The notes under the pieces were generated by a model. It did not search any database. It was not told the origin of the DNA and saw only the letters and a list, made by a program, of their open reading frames with translations. Shown piece by piece: positions 30,638 through 39,892 of a stretch of DNA of 46,027 nucleotides. The DNA is from Acidimicrobiia bacterium. Its GTDB lineage: Bacteria > Actinomycetota > Acidimicrobiia > Spongiisociales > Spongiisociaceae. The position numbers and the translations under genes are program-made. The DNA lies in assembly GCA_041576165.1 (NCBI GenBank), contig JBFGLM010000039.1:1-46027 (forward strand), read 5' to 3'. How positions within the stretch are numbered: position 1 is the first letter of the stretch; each line of letters begins with the position of its first letter.

Positions 30638-31197
30638 TCAGCCACCCTGGTCGTCTGCATGCTCCCCAGTGACCCCTGCCGGCCTGCAACGATACTCGCG
30701 CTCCGGGCCAGAAGTGTCAGCGCCACGTAGAGCAGGTAGGCGGCCACCAGCGTGGCCGCTACAAACGGGAGCCCGGCCCAGGGCTGATCCGCCAGGATTC
30801 GGCTGACCGGTCCGATCTGGGCCACCGCCACCCACCCGCTGGTGATCGCCCCCACCAGCGTGATCCCGATGTGCGTTCGGGAGGGTGGAGTGTCGGCCTT
30901 TCCGAAGCACCCACACGACGCCACCGGAAGGTCACGAACCAGTGCCAACCCAGCGAAACCGGCGAAGGTGACGTAGGCGGCCGCCAGCAGCCCGGCGAAA
31001 AGTGGGCGCCCGGTCCAGATGGCGCCCGCGGCGATCAGCACCTCAACGCCTCCCAAGCCGCGTACCAGGGCGAAGGAGCGGGGCAGGCCGGCTGCGGCGA
31101 GAGCGCCCGAGGTCCCACGCGGATCATGGAGCTTGAGGGCTCCGGCCACGCCCAGCAGAAGCGCGAAGGCGTAGAAGGGCCCGGCGAGCGGCGTCAT
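30634..31197 (-). CDS. MauE/DoxX-family membrane protein
   Basis: GVAGALKL, G.VEVL, ASCGCFG motif, about 5 TMs. Confidence 0.88.
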   Translation of the reverse strand: MTPLAGPFYAFALLLGVAGALKLHDPRGTSGALAAAGLPRSFALVRGLGGVEVLIAAGAIWTGRPLFAGLLAAAYVTFAGFAGLALVRDLPVASCGCFGKADTPPSRTHIGITLVGAITSGWVAVAQIGPVSRILADQPWAGLPFVAATLVAAYLLYVALTLLARSASIVAGRQGSLGSMQTTRVAE

Positions 31198-31402
31198 GGT
31201 CGTCGAGGCTAGTTAGTCGCGTGCGGCTTGCCGCAGTCCTTTCTCACGACGCTGCGTCGGTGAGGACTAGTCCCGGCGAGCGGGTCCTAGATGCCCTCCG
31301 CACTTCGTCAAGAACGCCAAATGTGGCGTCGATACCACTTTTAGTGAGAGAGTGAACCGGTCGGGGATGCCCGGGTACTCGAAGACGAGCAGGAGGCTTC
31401 GA

Positions 31403-32029
31403 ATGACCTTGCGCACCCGCGCCGTGGCGGTTCGTGGAACCGTCGTGCTGTTGGCAGTGGTGCTGGCAGCCTTTTCTGTAATGACCGCATCTCGTGCGGC
31501 GTTCACCGACACCACCGACAACACCGGCAACGACTTCGCCGCCGGCACGGTGATCCTGGTCGACGACGACACCGGCAGCGTGCTCTTCAACGTTCCCAAC
31601 CTCAAGCCCGGTCAGTCGGTGGAGAACTGCGTTGAGGTCACGTATCAGGGCAGCGTCGATGCCAACGTGCGCCTGTACGGTGCCAACCTGGCTACCACGA
31701 CTGCCACCAACCTCGCTCCCCAGTTGAACCTCACAATCGAAGAGGGCACCGGGGGCGGCTTCGTGGCGACCGAGCTCGGCGGCGGTGAGGGAGACTGCAC
31801 GGGCTTCGTAGCCGGCTCCACCTTGACCACTGCGGTCACGGACACCATCGACGAGTTCGCGACGGTGGCCACCAACTTCGGTTCGGGCCTGTCGACGTGG
31901 GCGCCGCTGGGAGGTTCCAACGACGCCCGCACCTACCGATTTGTGGTCGAGTTGGACGCCGCGACGACCGATGCATTCCAAGGAATGGATGCACAGATCG
32001 ACTTCGTCTGGGAAGCCCAGAACACCTGA
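31403..32029 (+). CDS. TasA/camelysin-like SipW-dependent secreted protein
   Basis: AGGAGG RBS; SRA-AFTDTTDNTGNDFAAGTV; LFNVPNLKPGQS; C-terminal aromatic strand FVWEAQN. Confidence 0.8.
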   Translation: MTLRTRAVAVRGTVVLLAVVLAAFSVMTASRAAFTDTTDNTGNDFAAGTVILVDDDTGSVLFNVPNLKPGQSVENCVEVTYQGSVDANVRLYGANLATTTATNLAPQLNLTIEEGTGGGFVATELGGGEGDCTGFVAGSTLTTAVTDTIDEFATVATNFGSGLSTWAPLGGSNDARTYRFVVELDAATTDAFQGMDAQIDFVWEAQNT

Positions 32030-32042
32030 TTCAAGGAGCTCC

Positions 32043-32066
32043 GGTGGGAGGCGTCGGCCTCCCACC
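32043..32066 (+). terminator. Intercistronic 10-bp hairpin after the TasA-like gene
   Basis: GGTGGGAGGC-GTCG-GCCTCCCACC. Confidence 0.6.
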
Positions 32067-32076
32067 TAACCCGACC

Positions 32077-33012
32077 ATGGGACTCAGAACCGCCGTTACA
32101 GACCCGGACCTCGTCCGGTCGACCCCGCCACCGGGGGATCCGGCGCAGCTGCCGGAGCGGTATCCGCTGCCCGGGCCTCCGGCGATCAAGCCGTCCCCGA
32201 GCCCGCCCCGGTCTCGAGTGCTGATCGATCTGCGGCCCGACCGGGCGCCGGAACCGGAGCCTCTCCGGTGCCCGCTCGAGGCCGGCACGACCTCAGCAGG
32301 TCACGCCGGGGACGGCAGGACCGAAATCATCGAGCAGGCCGGCGGATTCCCATACGCTGCTTCGCGACCTGCAGCCCTGAGCCTGGCGACGGCCGCTGGG
32401 CCTGAGCGCTCCGAACTCCTCAATGACGATCAGCTCCAGGCGTCCCTCGGCGAGCCCGGCGGTGCGCTCGACGGCGAGGTTGACACCGCACGATCCACCA
32501 GGACGTGGCCCGAAGTGCGCTTCTACCTCGGCGCATTCAGCCTCTTCTTCGTCTCCTACGTTCTCGTCACGGCGCTGCTGGTAGCAGGCGCAACGGTGGT
32601 GCTGGGGCTGCGCCCCGTTGCAGTGACGTCGGGATCGATGGAACCGGTGATTCGGGCCGGCGATGTCGTCATGTTCGCCGGTCCACCCGCGGAGCTCCTC
32701 GGTCCCGGCACCGTCGTCGGTTTCGACGAGCCGGGCACAAACCGCCCGGTGACCCATCGGGTCGTTCGGGCCAATCCGGACGGCACATATGTAACCCAGG
32801 GTGACGCCAATCCCAAGCCCGATCCCCAACAGCTGGACATGGACCGCGTGTGGGGAGTGGGACGGTTGCTCATCCCTTACGCCGGATATCCGGCGACGTG
32901 GCTGGCGGTGGGTGCTGGTTGGAAAGTCGCGGCCCTGGTGGTGTTCCTGCTCGGTTGCGGGATCTCGTGCCGCTGGGCAGTTCTCGACGAATACAACCCC
33001 TGGCTGGCGTAA
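32077..33012 (+). CDS. sipW: Signal peptidase I, SipW/ER type (S26B)
   Basis: VTSGSMEP.I..GD, VTHRVV (Ser/His dyad), TQGDAN; start uncertain because of a long Pro-rich N-terminal extension. Confidence 0.88.
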   Translation: MGLRTAVTDPDLVRSTPPPGDPAQLPERYPLPGPPAIKPSPSPPRSRVLIDLRPDRAPEPEPLRCPLEAGTTSAGHAGDGRTEIIEQAGGFPYAASRPAALSLATAAGPERSELLNDDQLQASLGEPGGALDGEVDTARSTRTWPEVRFYLGAFSLFFVSYVLVTALLVAGATVVLGLRPVAVTSGSMEPVIRAGDVVMFAGPPAELLGPGTVVGFDEPGTNRPVTHRVVRANPDGTYVTQGDANPKPDPQQLDMDRVWGVGRLLIPYAGYPATWLAVGAGWKVAALVVFLLGCGISCRWAVLDEYNPWLA

Positions 33013-34319
33013 TGATGCGGCGGCTGGCGACAGGATCGATGCTCGTCATCGTTGCCCTGGCCGCTCTGCTGCCGGCGGTCGGGGCGGTTTTCGTAGGCGC
33101 AACCTCGAACCAGTCGAATTCGTTCACGGCATCGAACACCTTCTCATCTTTGCGAGTGGTCACCTACCAAGTCGGGAGCGGAGCTTTCGCCGGCGCCACC
33201 TATACGTTGACGCTCGATCAGGCGCTGCTGCCGAACTACTTCGTGATGATGAGGGGCGCAGCGGGTGACGGGACTGCCGGCAGCGGGCGCGGTCCCGACG
33301 CCAACTACGCACGGGTCTCGGGTGATCCATTCGGGAACTTCGGGGTCGTCACGGCGGCCAACCAGCTCCGGCTGGAGCGGCGTGGTACGACCGGTGATTG
33401 GCAGGGCCAGGTCGTCGTCGTGGAGTCTGTGCGGAACGACCTGACGTCTGGCTTCCGCCTCCTGGATGTGGTCGAGCGCAACATGGGCCCGGGTGTGACC
33501 ACCGCTGCGTCTACCGCGACTGTGCCGTGGACCTCGATCGGTCAGGTCGGGCTCTACGGCGGAACGTATGGCGGCGGGCTCGACGCCACCGCCACTGCCC
33601 TCGCGGATCACCAGGTCGGCTGGGCCCGCATCCATCCAACAGGGCCCAACGTCGTGAACTATGTGCGGGAGGCGGGGCTGGGGGGCTCCCTATCCGGCAC
33701 GAGCCGATTCACGACGTATGTGGTGGAGTGGGGCGCAGAGTGGATCATCCAGCGCGCCACCGTCGCGGGCGCCAACGGCGGTAACGGCGTGAATGCACCC
33801 GGTGAGTACGACACGGCCCCGATCGCCCCGGTGCCGCGGGACCAGACATTCGTAGCGGCGTACGGGCATACCACCTCCAACCGACTGTCGGCAGGATGGG
33901 CCGGTCAGGTATTCACCCTCGGCGATGGGGTTGCGCAGAACGCCGTAGAGACCAGGGTGGCAGTGGGAGCCGAAACGGCCGGCTCGCGGACTGTCGAAGT
34001 GTATGTCCACACCCACCCGAGACTGGCGGTGGATCACCGGTTCGGACGCGACGGCAGCATCGCCACGATGGCGCTGACCGGCTCGGTCGCCGTCGACGGC
34101 ACGATTGACACCGAAACATACGTCGGCGGCGCCGTGGCCCGCACAGGGGAAAGCCGTCTGGCCATCATCTCCAACAGCAGCAACGGCAGCGGCATCCAGT
34201 TCCCCCGTCCCCAGGTGTGGTCGCGGCCGACCGGTCCTGGCACCGTTACCTGGAGCCGGTCGCGGAGCGGCCAACCGGGAGCTTTCTGGCTCCAATCGGT
34301 TGATTTCGCCAACGTGTGA
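33012..34319 (+). CDS. Large SipW-class secreted protein (possible minor or adhesin subunit)
   Basis: ATG overlaps the sipW TAA; GA-VFVGATSNQSNSFTA leader motif; Gly/Thr-rich beta body. Confidence 0.75.
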   Translation: MMRRLATGSMLVIVALAALLPAVGAVFVGATSNQSNSFTASNTFSSLRVVTYQVGSGAFAGATYTLTLDQALLPNYFVMMRGAAGDGTAGSGRGPDANYARVSGDPFGNFGVVTAANQLRLERRGTTGDWQGQVVVVESVRNDLTSGFRLLDVVERNMGPGVTTAASTATVPWTSIGQVGLYGGTYGGGLDATATALADHQVGWARIHPTGPNVVNYVREAGLGGSLSGTSRFTTYVVEWGAEWIIQRATVAGANGGNGVNAPGEYDTAPIAPVPRDQTFVAAYGHTTSNRLSAGWAGQVFTLGDGVAQNAVETRVAVGAETAGSRTVEVYVHTHPRLAVDHRFGRDGSIATMALTGSVAVDGTIDTETYVGGAVARTGESRLAIISNSSNGSGIQFPRPQVWSRPTGPGTVTWSRSRSGQPGAFWLQSVDFANV

Positions 34320-34527
34320 AGCGTGGGGCTAGCGCCCATCGCACAGAATGCGGTTGCTCCACCACGCAATGTCGAGAAAGTACTTTCCTTCGCCAACAAT
34401 TTCCGATATGTTCAGGGGCCGATAGGACTCCTTGTTGAGGCCGCTCCGCTAACACGCCCGTGGGGGAACCTGTGAAACCGCTCCGCGCACGCAGCCGGCT
34501 GTCCGTTCGACGTCCGGGTGGGCTTCG

Positions 34528-35145
34528 ATGAGCGAACGCGCCCTGGACATGAAAGTTGCGATCAAAGGTCACAACGGCGACCAGCAAGCGTTGCTCGAGG
34601 CCCTGAACGAAGCAGACATTGCGGCCGAAGTCGCTGATGATCTGCGCGTGTGGGCAAATGGCTCGGGGCCGCGAGCCGTCGTAATGGCGGTCGACACTGC
34701 TGACGAGATGGAGGCGATCATCGACCTGCGGGACTCCAACTGGGACCTGGTGGTCGTCACGCTGACCCGGGATGACTCACAGGCAACCTATCGCAGCGCG
34801 CTCCGGGCCGGAGCGACGGCGTCGGCGCCCGCCGACGCTCCGATGGACCACATCGTCGAGGTTGTCCGCGAAGCGCTTCATGGTCGCTCGATCCTGCCGG
34901 CCGATGTGGCCCGCCGCCTGGCGCTCGACGCCCCCGATCAGCCGAGTGACTACGCCCCTCGCCTCGACGAGATCGGCTGGATCCAGGCGATGGCGTCGGG
35001 TGACACCATGGCCGAGATCGCCGAGTCCGCGGGCGTGACGAAGTCGGAGCTGTCCAAGCGGCTGAACGAGTTGTACCGGCGGATCGGGGTCGAGAACCGC
35101 ACCGAAGCGATCATCAAGTTCGCCCGCTGGGGCCTGCTCGACTAG
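34528..35145 (+). CDS. NarL/LuxR-type regulator with an atypical receiver domain
   Basis: ALRAGA, LYRRIGVENRTEAII...WGL HTH; receiver lacks the acidic pair and the conserved Lys. Confidence 0.8.
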   Translation: MSERALDMKVAIKGHNGDQQALLEALNEADIAAEVADDLRVWANGSGPRAVVMAVDTADEMEAIIDLRDSNWDLVVVTLTRDDSQATYRSALRAGATASAPADAPMDHIVEVVREALHGRSILPADVARRLALDAPDQPSDYAPRLDEIGWIQAMASGDTMAEIAESAGVTKSELSKRLNELYRRIGVENRTEAIIKFARWGLLD

Positions 35146-35271
35146 GCAGACGCAACCACCGGGCCAACCGCGGCACCACCGGCTGTGCAACCGCGCCGGC
35201 TGCTTCCACAAGCCGGAACTGATCGAGCTTGCCGTGGGTCGCAGTAGGCTCCGGAGCGCAGGCGATAAGAG

Positions 35272-36450
35272 GTGCGCGTGGAGGTTGGTGAGGTCGCCAC
35301 CCGGTTCTTCACATTCGGAGGCGATGGCGACGTCTTCGAGTTTGCCAGCGGCGAGACTATGGCGCCGATCACTCTGGCGTACGAGCTTTACGGAGACCTC
35401 AACGAGGCCCAAGACAACGCCATCCTGCTGTTCCACGCTCTCACCGGCAGCCACCACGCCGCGGGCTACAACCCGCGCATCGACGAGGTGGGCGACCTAT
35501 GGACCGAGGAAACCCACCTGGGCTGGTGGAACGACTTCATCGGTCCCGGACGAGCCCTCAACACCGACAAGTTCGCGGTCATCTGCGTCAACTATGTAGG
35601 CGGCTGTTACGGCTCGACCGGGCCTGCCTCGATCAATCCGGTCACCTCCAAGCCGTACGGCAGCAGCTTCCCAGAGGTCACCGTGGGCGATGTCGTGTCG
35701 TCCCAGGTCCGCCTGCTCGATCACCTGGGGATCCGGCGCCTGCACGCCGTGGTGGGTGGATCGGTGGGCGGGATGATGTGTCTGTGGTTCTCTACGCACT
35801 ATCCAGAGCGGGTCCGGTTCGTCGTCCCAATTGCGGCCGGACTGCGGGCGACCCCGCTTCACGTGATCTACAACTTCGAGCAGATCAACGCGATTATGAA
35901 CGACCCGAACTTCAACAGTGGAGATTTCTATGAGGGTCCGCGGCCAGATGCGGGCTTGAGCTTGGCCCGCATGATCGGGCACAAGACGTTTGTGAGCTTG
36001 GCGGCGATGGAGGAGCGGGCCCGGGGCGAGGTGCTCTCGGTGGCGGACGATCGGGTCCGCAATCCGCTCGAGTCGTACATGTGGCATCAAGGCCAGAAAT
36101 TCGTCCAGCGGTTCGACGCCAACACGTACCTTCGCACCATGTTGATGTGGCAGGAGTTCGATCTGTACAGGCTGGCCGAGCGGGAAGGATCGACGGTAAT
36201 CGAGATGCTGAGCCGTTGTGAGGACCACGAATACCTCGTGTTCTCGATCGACTCGGACGTCTGTTTCTACCCCGAGGAGCAGCATGAGCTCATGATGGAA
36301 CTGAAGGCCGCCGGAGTGCCGGCGCGGCGCATCACGGTTCACTCCGAAAAAGGCCACGACTCGTTTCTGCTGGAGCCGGAACTCTTCACGCCGCACCTGC
36401 GCGACCGGCTCGAGGGCGACTGGGAGCCGGCCCGGTGGGGAAGAGAATGA
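35272..36450 (+). CDS. metX: Homoserine O-acetyltransferase
   Basis: HALTGSHH, GGCYGSTGP, nucleophile GGSVGG, RFDANTY, GHDSFL. Confidence 0.93.
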   Translation: MRVEVGEVATRFFTFGGDGDVFEFASGETMAPITLAYELYGDLNEAQDNAILLFHALTGSHHAAGYNPRIDEVGDLWTEETHLGWWNDFIGPGRALNTDKFAVICVNYVGGCYGSTGPASINPVTSKPYGSSFPEVTVGDVVSSQVRLLDHLGIRRLHAVVGGSVGGMMCLWFSTHYPERVRFVVPIAAGLRATPLHVIYNFEQINAIMNDPNFNSGDFYEGPRPDAGLSLARMIGHKTFVSLAAMEERARGEVLSVADDRVRNPLESYMWHQGQKFVQRFDANTYLRTMLMWQEFDLYRLAEREGSTVIEMLSRCEDHEYLVFSIDSDVCFYPEEQHELMMELKAAGVPARRITVHSEKGHDSFLLEPELFTPHLRDRLEGDWEPARWGRE

Positions 36451-36474
36451 CCGTATGAGAGGTTGGGATCGGTA

Positions 36475-37755
36475 ATGGCTGATCACGAGTTTGGATTCAA
36501 CACGCGCGCCATTCACGCCGGCCAGCCGCCCGATCCCGAGACGGGCGCCCGGGCGATGCCCATCTACGCGACGACCTCCTATGTGTTCGAGGACCCGCAG
36601 AATGCGGCGGACCTGTTTGCTCTCCAGACATACGGCAACATCTATACGAGGATCGGGAACCCCACCACAGCAGCGTTTGAAGAGCGGATGGCCTCGCTCG
36701 AAGGCGGGATCGGCGCGTTGGCGACGGCCTCGGGCATGTCGGCGCAGCTGATCTCCGTGCTGACAATCGCACAGTCGGGCGATCACATCGTCGCCAATCG
36801 AGCGTTGTACGGGGGCACGTTCACCCAATTCGATGTGACCTTGCGCCGCATGGGCATCGACGCAACCTTTGTCGACACCAACGACCTCGATGCAATCGGA
36901 GCCGCCATTCAGGGCAACACGAAGCTGGTGTTCGGAGAGACCATCGGTAACCCCGCCGGGGACGTTCTCGACATCGAGGGTGTGGCGGATGTAGCCCATG
37001 CGCATGGCCTGCCGCTCATCATCGACAACACATTCGCAACTCCGTACCTCTGCCGCCCGATCGAGCACGGTGCGGACGTGGTGGTGCACTCGGCGACGAA
37101 GTTCATCGGTGGTCATGGCGTCGCCATCGCAGGGGTGATCATCGAGAACGGCCGGTTCAACTGGGCGAACGGCAAATTCCCACTCATCACCGAACCGTCG
37201 CCCGCCTACCACGACCTGCGTTTTTGGGAGAACTTCCGCGAGTACGCCTACCTGACGAAAGCAAGGACCGAGCTGCTGCGCGACACGGGCGCGGCCCTGT
37301 CGCCGTTCAACTCCTTCCTCCTGCTGCTTGGATTGGAGACGCTGCCGCTGCGGATGCAGCGCCACACGCACAACGCCCGCATCGTGGCCGAGCACCTGTC
37401 GCAACACGAGAAGGTTTCGTGGGTGAGCTCACCCGTGCTGCCGTCCCATCCCACCCATGAGCTTGCGCGGAAATTCGTGCCGGAGGGCCCGGGAGCGGTG
37501 TTCACCTTCGGGGTGAAGGGTGGCTACGAGGCCGGCGTGCAGTTCATCAAGAACGTCGAGCTGGCCAGCCACCTCGCCAACGTGGGTGACGCCAAGACGC
37601 TCGTGATCCATCCCGCCAGCACCACCCACCAGCAGGTTCCTGCCGAGGAGCGAGACGCAGCGGGCGTTGGCGCCGATATGATCCGGATCTCCGTCGGTCT
37701 CGAAGACGTCGAGGACATCCTGTGGGACCTCGATCAAGCTTTGGCGGGCGCATGA
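36475..37755 (+). CDS. metY: O-acetylhomoserine aminocarboxypropyltransferase (sulfhydrylase)
   Basis: IYTRIGNPT, DNTFATP, PLP Lys HSATKFIGGHG, HLANVGDAK, IHPASTTHQQ. Confidence 0.95.
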   Translation: MADHEFGFNTRAIHAGQPPDPETGARAMPIYATTSYVFEDPQNAADLFALQTYGNIYTRIGNPTTAAFEERMASLEGGIGALATASGMSAQLISVLTIAQSGDHIVANRALYGGTFTQFDVTLRRMGIDATFVDTNDLDAIGAAIQGNTKLVFGETIGNPAGDVLDIEGVADVAHAHGLPLIIDNTFATPYLCRPIEHGADVVVHSATKFIGGHGVAIAGVIIENGRFNWANGKFPLITEPSPAYHDLRFWENFREYAYLTKARTELLRDTGAALSPFNSFLLLLGLETLPLRMQRHTHNARIVAEHLSQHEKVSWVSSPVLPSHPTHELARKFVPEGPGAVFTFGVKGGYEAGVQFIKNVELASHLANVGDAKTLVIHPASTTHQQVPAEERDAAGVGADMIRISVGLEDVEDILWDLDQALAGA

Positions 37756-38249
37756 CCGCCACCGCCTCGACCCCGGCAGTGCTCGAAGTCGATGCCAGGG
37801 AACGTCTCCGCATCATTCGCGAGGCCGAATCCGTGGCACTGGTAGGAGTCTCGGCCAACCCGATCCGGTCCTCCAACTTCGTGGCCACCTATCTCGTTCG
37901 AACGCACCTGAGGGTGTATCCGGTGAACCCGTTCTACGAAGAGGTGCTGGGCCTGAGGTGTTACCCGTCGCTGGCCGACCTGCCGGAGGTTCCCGACATC
38001 GTGGACGTGTTCCGCAAGCCGGACGAGATCCCGGGGGTCGTAGCCGGCGCAATCGACGTCGGAGCCAGGGTCGTCTGGTTCCAGCTCGGATTGCGCCACG
38101 ACGAGGCGGCGGCAGCTGCCTTCGCGGCCGGGCTCCAAGTGGTACAGGACCGGTGCCTGAAGATCGAGCACGCACGGTTCGCAGGGGGCCTGCACCTCGG
38201 CGGATTTGACACGGGAGTCATCAGCTCCAAGCGTCGCCGACCGATCTGA
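37752..38249 (+). CDS. CoA-binding domain protein (YccU-like)
   Basis: VALVGVSANP.R.S, YPVNP, DIVDVFR, WFQLG, DRCLKIEH. Confidence 0.92.
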   Translation: MTATASTPAVLEVDARERLRIIREAESVALVGVSANPIRSSNFVATYLVRTHLRVYPVNPFYEEVLGLRCYPSLADLPEVPDIVDVFRKPDEIPGVVAGAIDVGARVVWFQLGLRHDEAAAAAFAAGLQVVQDRCLKIEHARFAGGLHLGGFDTGVISSKRRRPI

Positions 38250-38304
38250 GCAACCCCCGTCGAATCTTTCGGAACTCGTCCAGGGCACCTAACGTTGTCT
38301 CCTG

Positions 38305-39738
38305 GTGCGTGTTCCGCCGGTCCGGCTGCGGGGATGGGGAATCCGTGGAGGGGAACTCCTTGCGGTGATTCTCGTGCTCGCGCTCGCGCTGCCGGCGGTC
38401 GCGGCCCAGATCTTCGTCGAACACTTCGACACAGATCCCTTTCCGCCCGTGCCCGAGCCCCCGCCGGTGCCCGAGCCGCCCCCCGGAGAGGAACCGCCCC
38501 CCGATCCGCCTCCACCGGAGCCGTTGTGGGATCCGAACTGGATCGACGTGCGCACGGGCGACATCGACAACACCGCCGTGACCAGCCCCGGTTACATCGG
38601 CGACGCGGTAGCTATCGAGATCCCCGCCGGCACCAACCGCGGAGTGGGAGCCCGCTATTACTACCCGGGCGACGACGACCCGGATGAGGCGTGGTTCCGC
38701 TACATGTTGCGGTTCGACGATTGGGCCGCCACGACGGACGGCAAGCTGCCCGGGTTTGCCGGTATCTACGGCTCGACGGCCCGGGGTTGTCTCCCCTCCA
38801 CCGAAGCTTCTCCCGGCTGGTCGGCCCGGGTCGTGTTCAAAGCGGACGGGACGGCCGGGGCGGGACCGGGCGAGACCCGGCTGGGCTATTACGTGTACCA
38901 CCTCGATCAGCCGACGGCATGCGGGCAGACGATGCTGTGGGACCCCGGCGTCGTACGCGACAATCGCTGGTATTGCGTCGAGGGCCATGCGCGGTTGAAT
39001 TCCCTCGGTCAGAACGATGGCATGCTGACGGCGTGGCTTGACGGAGAAGAGGCCCTGCGTTGGGAGGGCCTGGCGTTCCGGCGCGATACCGAAGACTTCA
39101 TCCACATACGGGAGTTCTGGCTCAACGTCTTTTTCGGCGGCACTGCAGCGACGCCGGTGGATCTGGATCTGTCGCTCGACGAGCTGGTGGTGAGCGACAG
39201 CGGCCGGGTGGGGTGCCCCGATCCCTTCTCGGATGACAACGGTTCGGTGCATGAGCCGGCGCTCAGCGAACTGAAGGCGCGGGGCATCTACAACGGGTGC
39301 GCCTCCCAGGTTTCGTGCCTGGAAGATGAGCTGAGTCGCTGGGCGATGGCGGTGCTCCTGGACCGGACCCTTGGCCTGGCGCCTACGTCGGAGAACTTCT
39401 TCACCGACGACGATCAACACTGGGCGCGCAGCCACATAGACCGGCTGGCCGCAGCCGGGATCACCAGGGGTTGCGAGGTGGGCTTGTTCTGTCCGGACGA
39501 TTCGATCACTCGGGCAGAGTTCGCCGTCATGCTGCGCCGGGCGTTCGGGTTCCCGGCCTCGTCCACCGACTATTTCACCGACGACGACGGGCACTGGGCC
39601 GAGGACGACTTCAACAGCCTGGCCGAGGCGGGTGTCACGCTCGGGTGCACCACCACGACGTATTGCCCCAATGCCGGATTGATCCGGGGCCAGGCGGCCA
39701 GCTTGCTGCTCAGGGCCCTCGACTGGATACCGGCCTGA
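38305..39738 (+). CDS. Secreted polysaccharide lyase 14-like domain with C-terminal SLH-like repeats
   Basis: Signal peptide, PEPPP linker, GKLPG, WSARV, YVYH, NDG.L..WLDG, FFGG; repeats such as AAAGITRGC...FCPD...TRAEFA; start 38305 or 38365. Confidence 0.75.
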   Translation: MRVPPVRLRGWGIRGGELLAVILVLALALPAVAAQIFVEHFDTDPFPPVPEPPPVPEPPPGEEPPPDPPPPEPLWDPNWIDVRTGDIDNTAVTSPGYIGDAVAIEIPAGTNRGVGARYYYPGDDDPDEAWFRYMLRFDDWAATTDGKLPGFAGIYGSTARGCLPSTEASPGWSARVVFKADGTAGAGPGETRLGYYVYHLDQPTACGQTMLWDPGVVRDNRWYCVEGHARLNSLGQNDGMLTAWLDGEEALRWEGLAFRRDTEDFIHIREFWLNVFFGGTAATPVDLDLSLDELVVSDSGRVGCPDPFSDDNGSVHEPALSELKARGIYNGCASQVSCLEDELSRWAMAVLLDRTLGLAPTSENFFTDDDQHWARSHIDRLAAAGITRGCEVGLFCPDDSITRAEFAVMLRRAFGFPASSTDYFTDDDGHWAEDDFNSLAEAGVTLGCTTTTYCPNAGLIRGQAASLLLRALDWIPA

Positions 39739-39892
39739 GAGCGCGCGCCAATGGGCCACCACATCGAGCCTGGATCCCTCGTGAGCCATCAATCGGACGC
39801 GAAACGCCTGCTCGTGGACACTGTGAGCACCGGGTGTCGCAATGCATGGGGGAGCGCTGGGTGTTGGCGCACACTCTCGCCGGGACAAATGA

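Noticed and set aside
35170-35195. c-di-GMP-II riboswitch (GGCAC...GTGCAACCG)
   Set aside because: Spacing is too short and the kink-turn UGAA/GGAG elements are absent
35497-37407. 636-aa minus-strand ORF, and similar long ORFs at 38221-40023, 18387-19718, 19782-21185 and 28452-29621
   Set aside because: Antisense shadows of well-supported genes in high-GC DNA, with no recognisable motifs
38440-38525. Non-coding tandem repeat
   Set aside because: Encodes the PEPPP linker of the lyase-SLH protein
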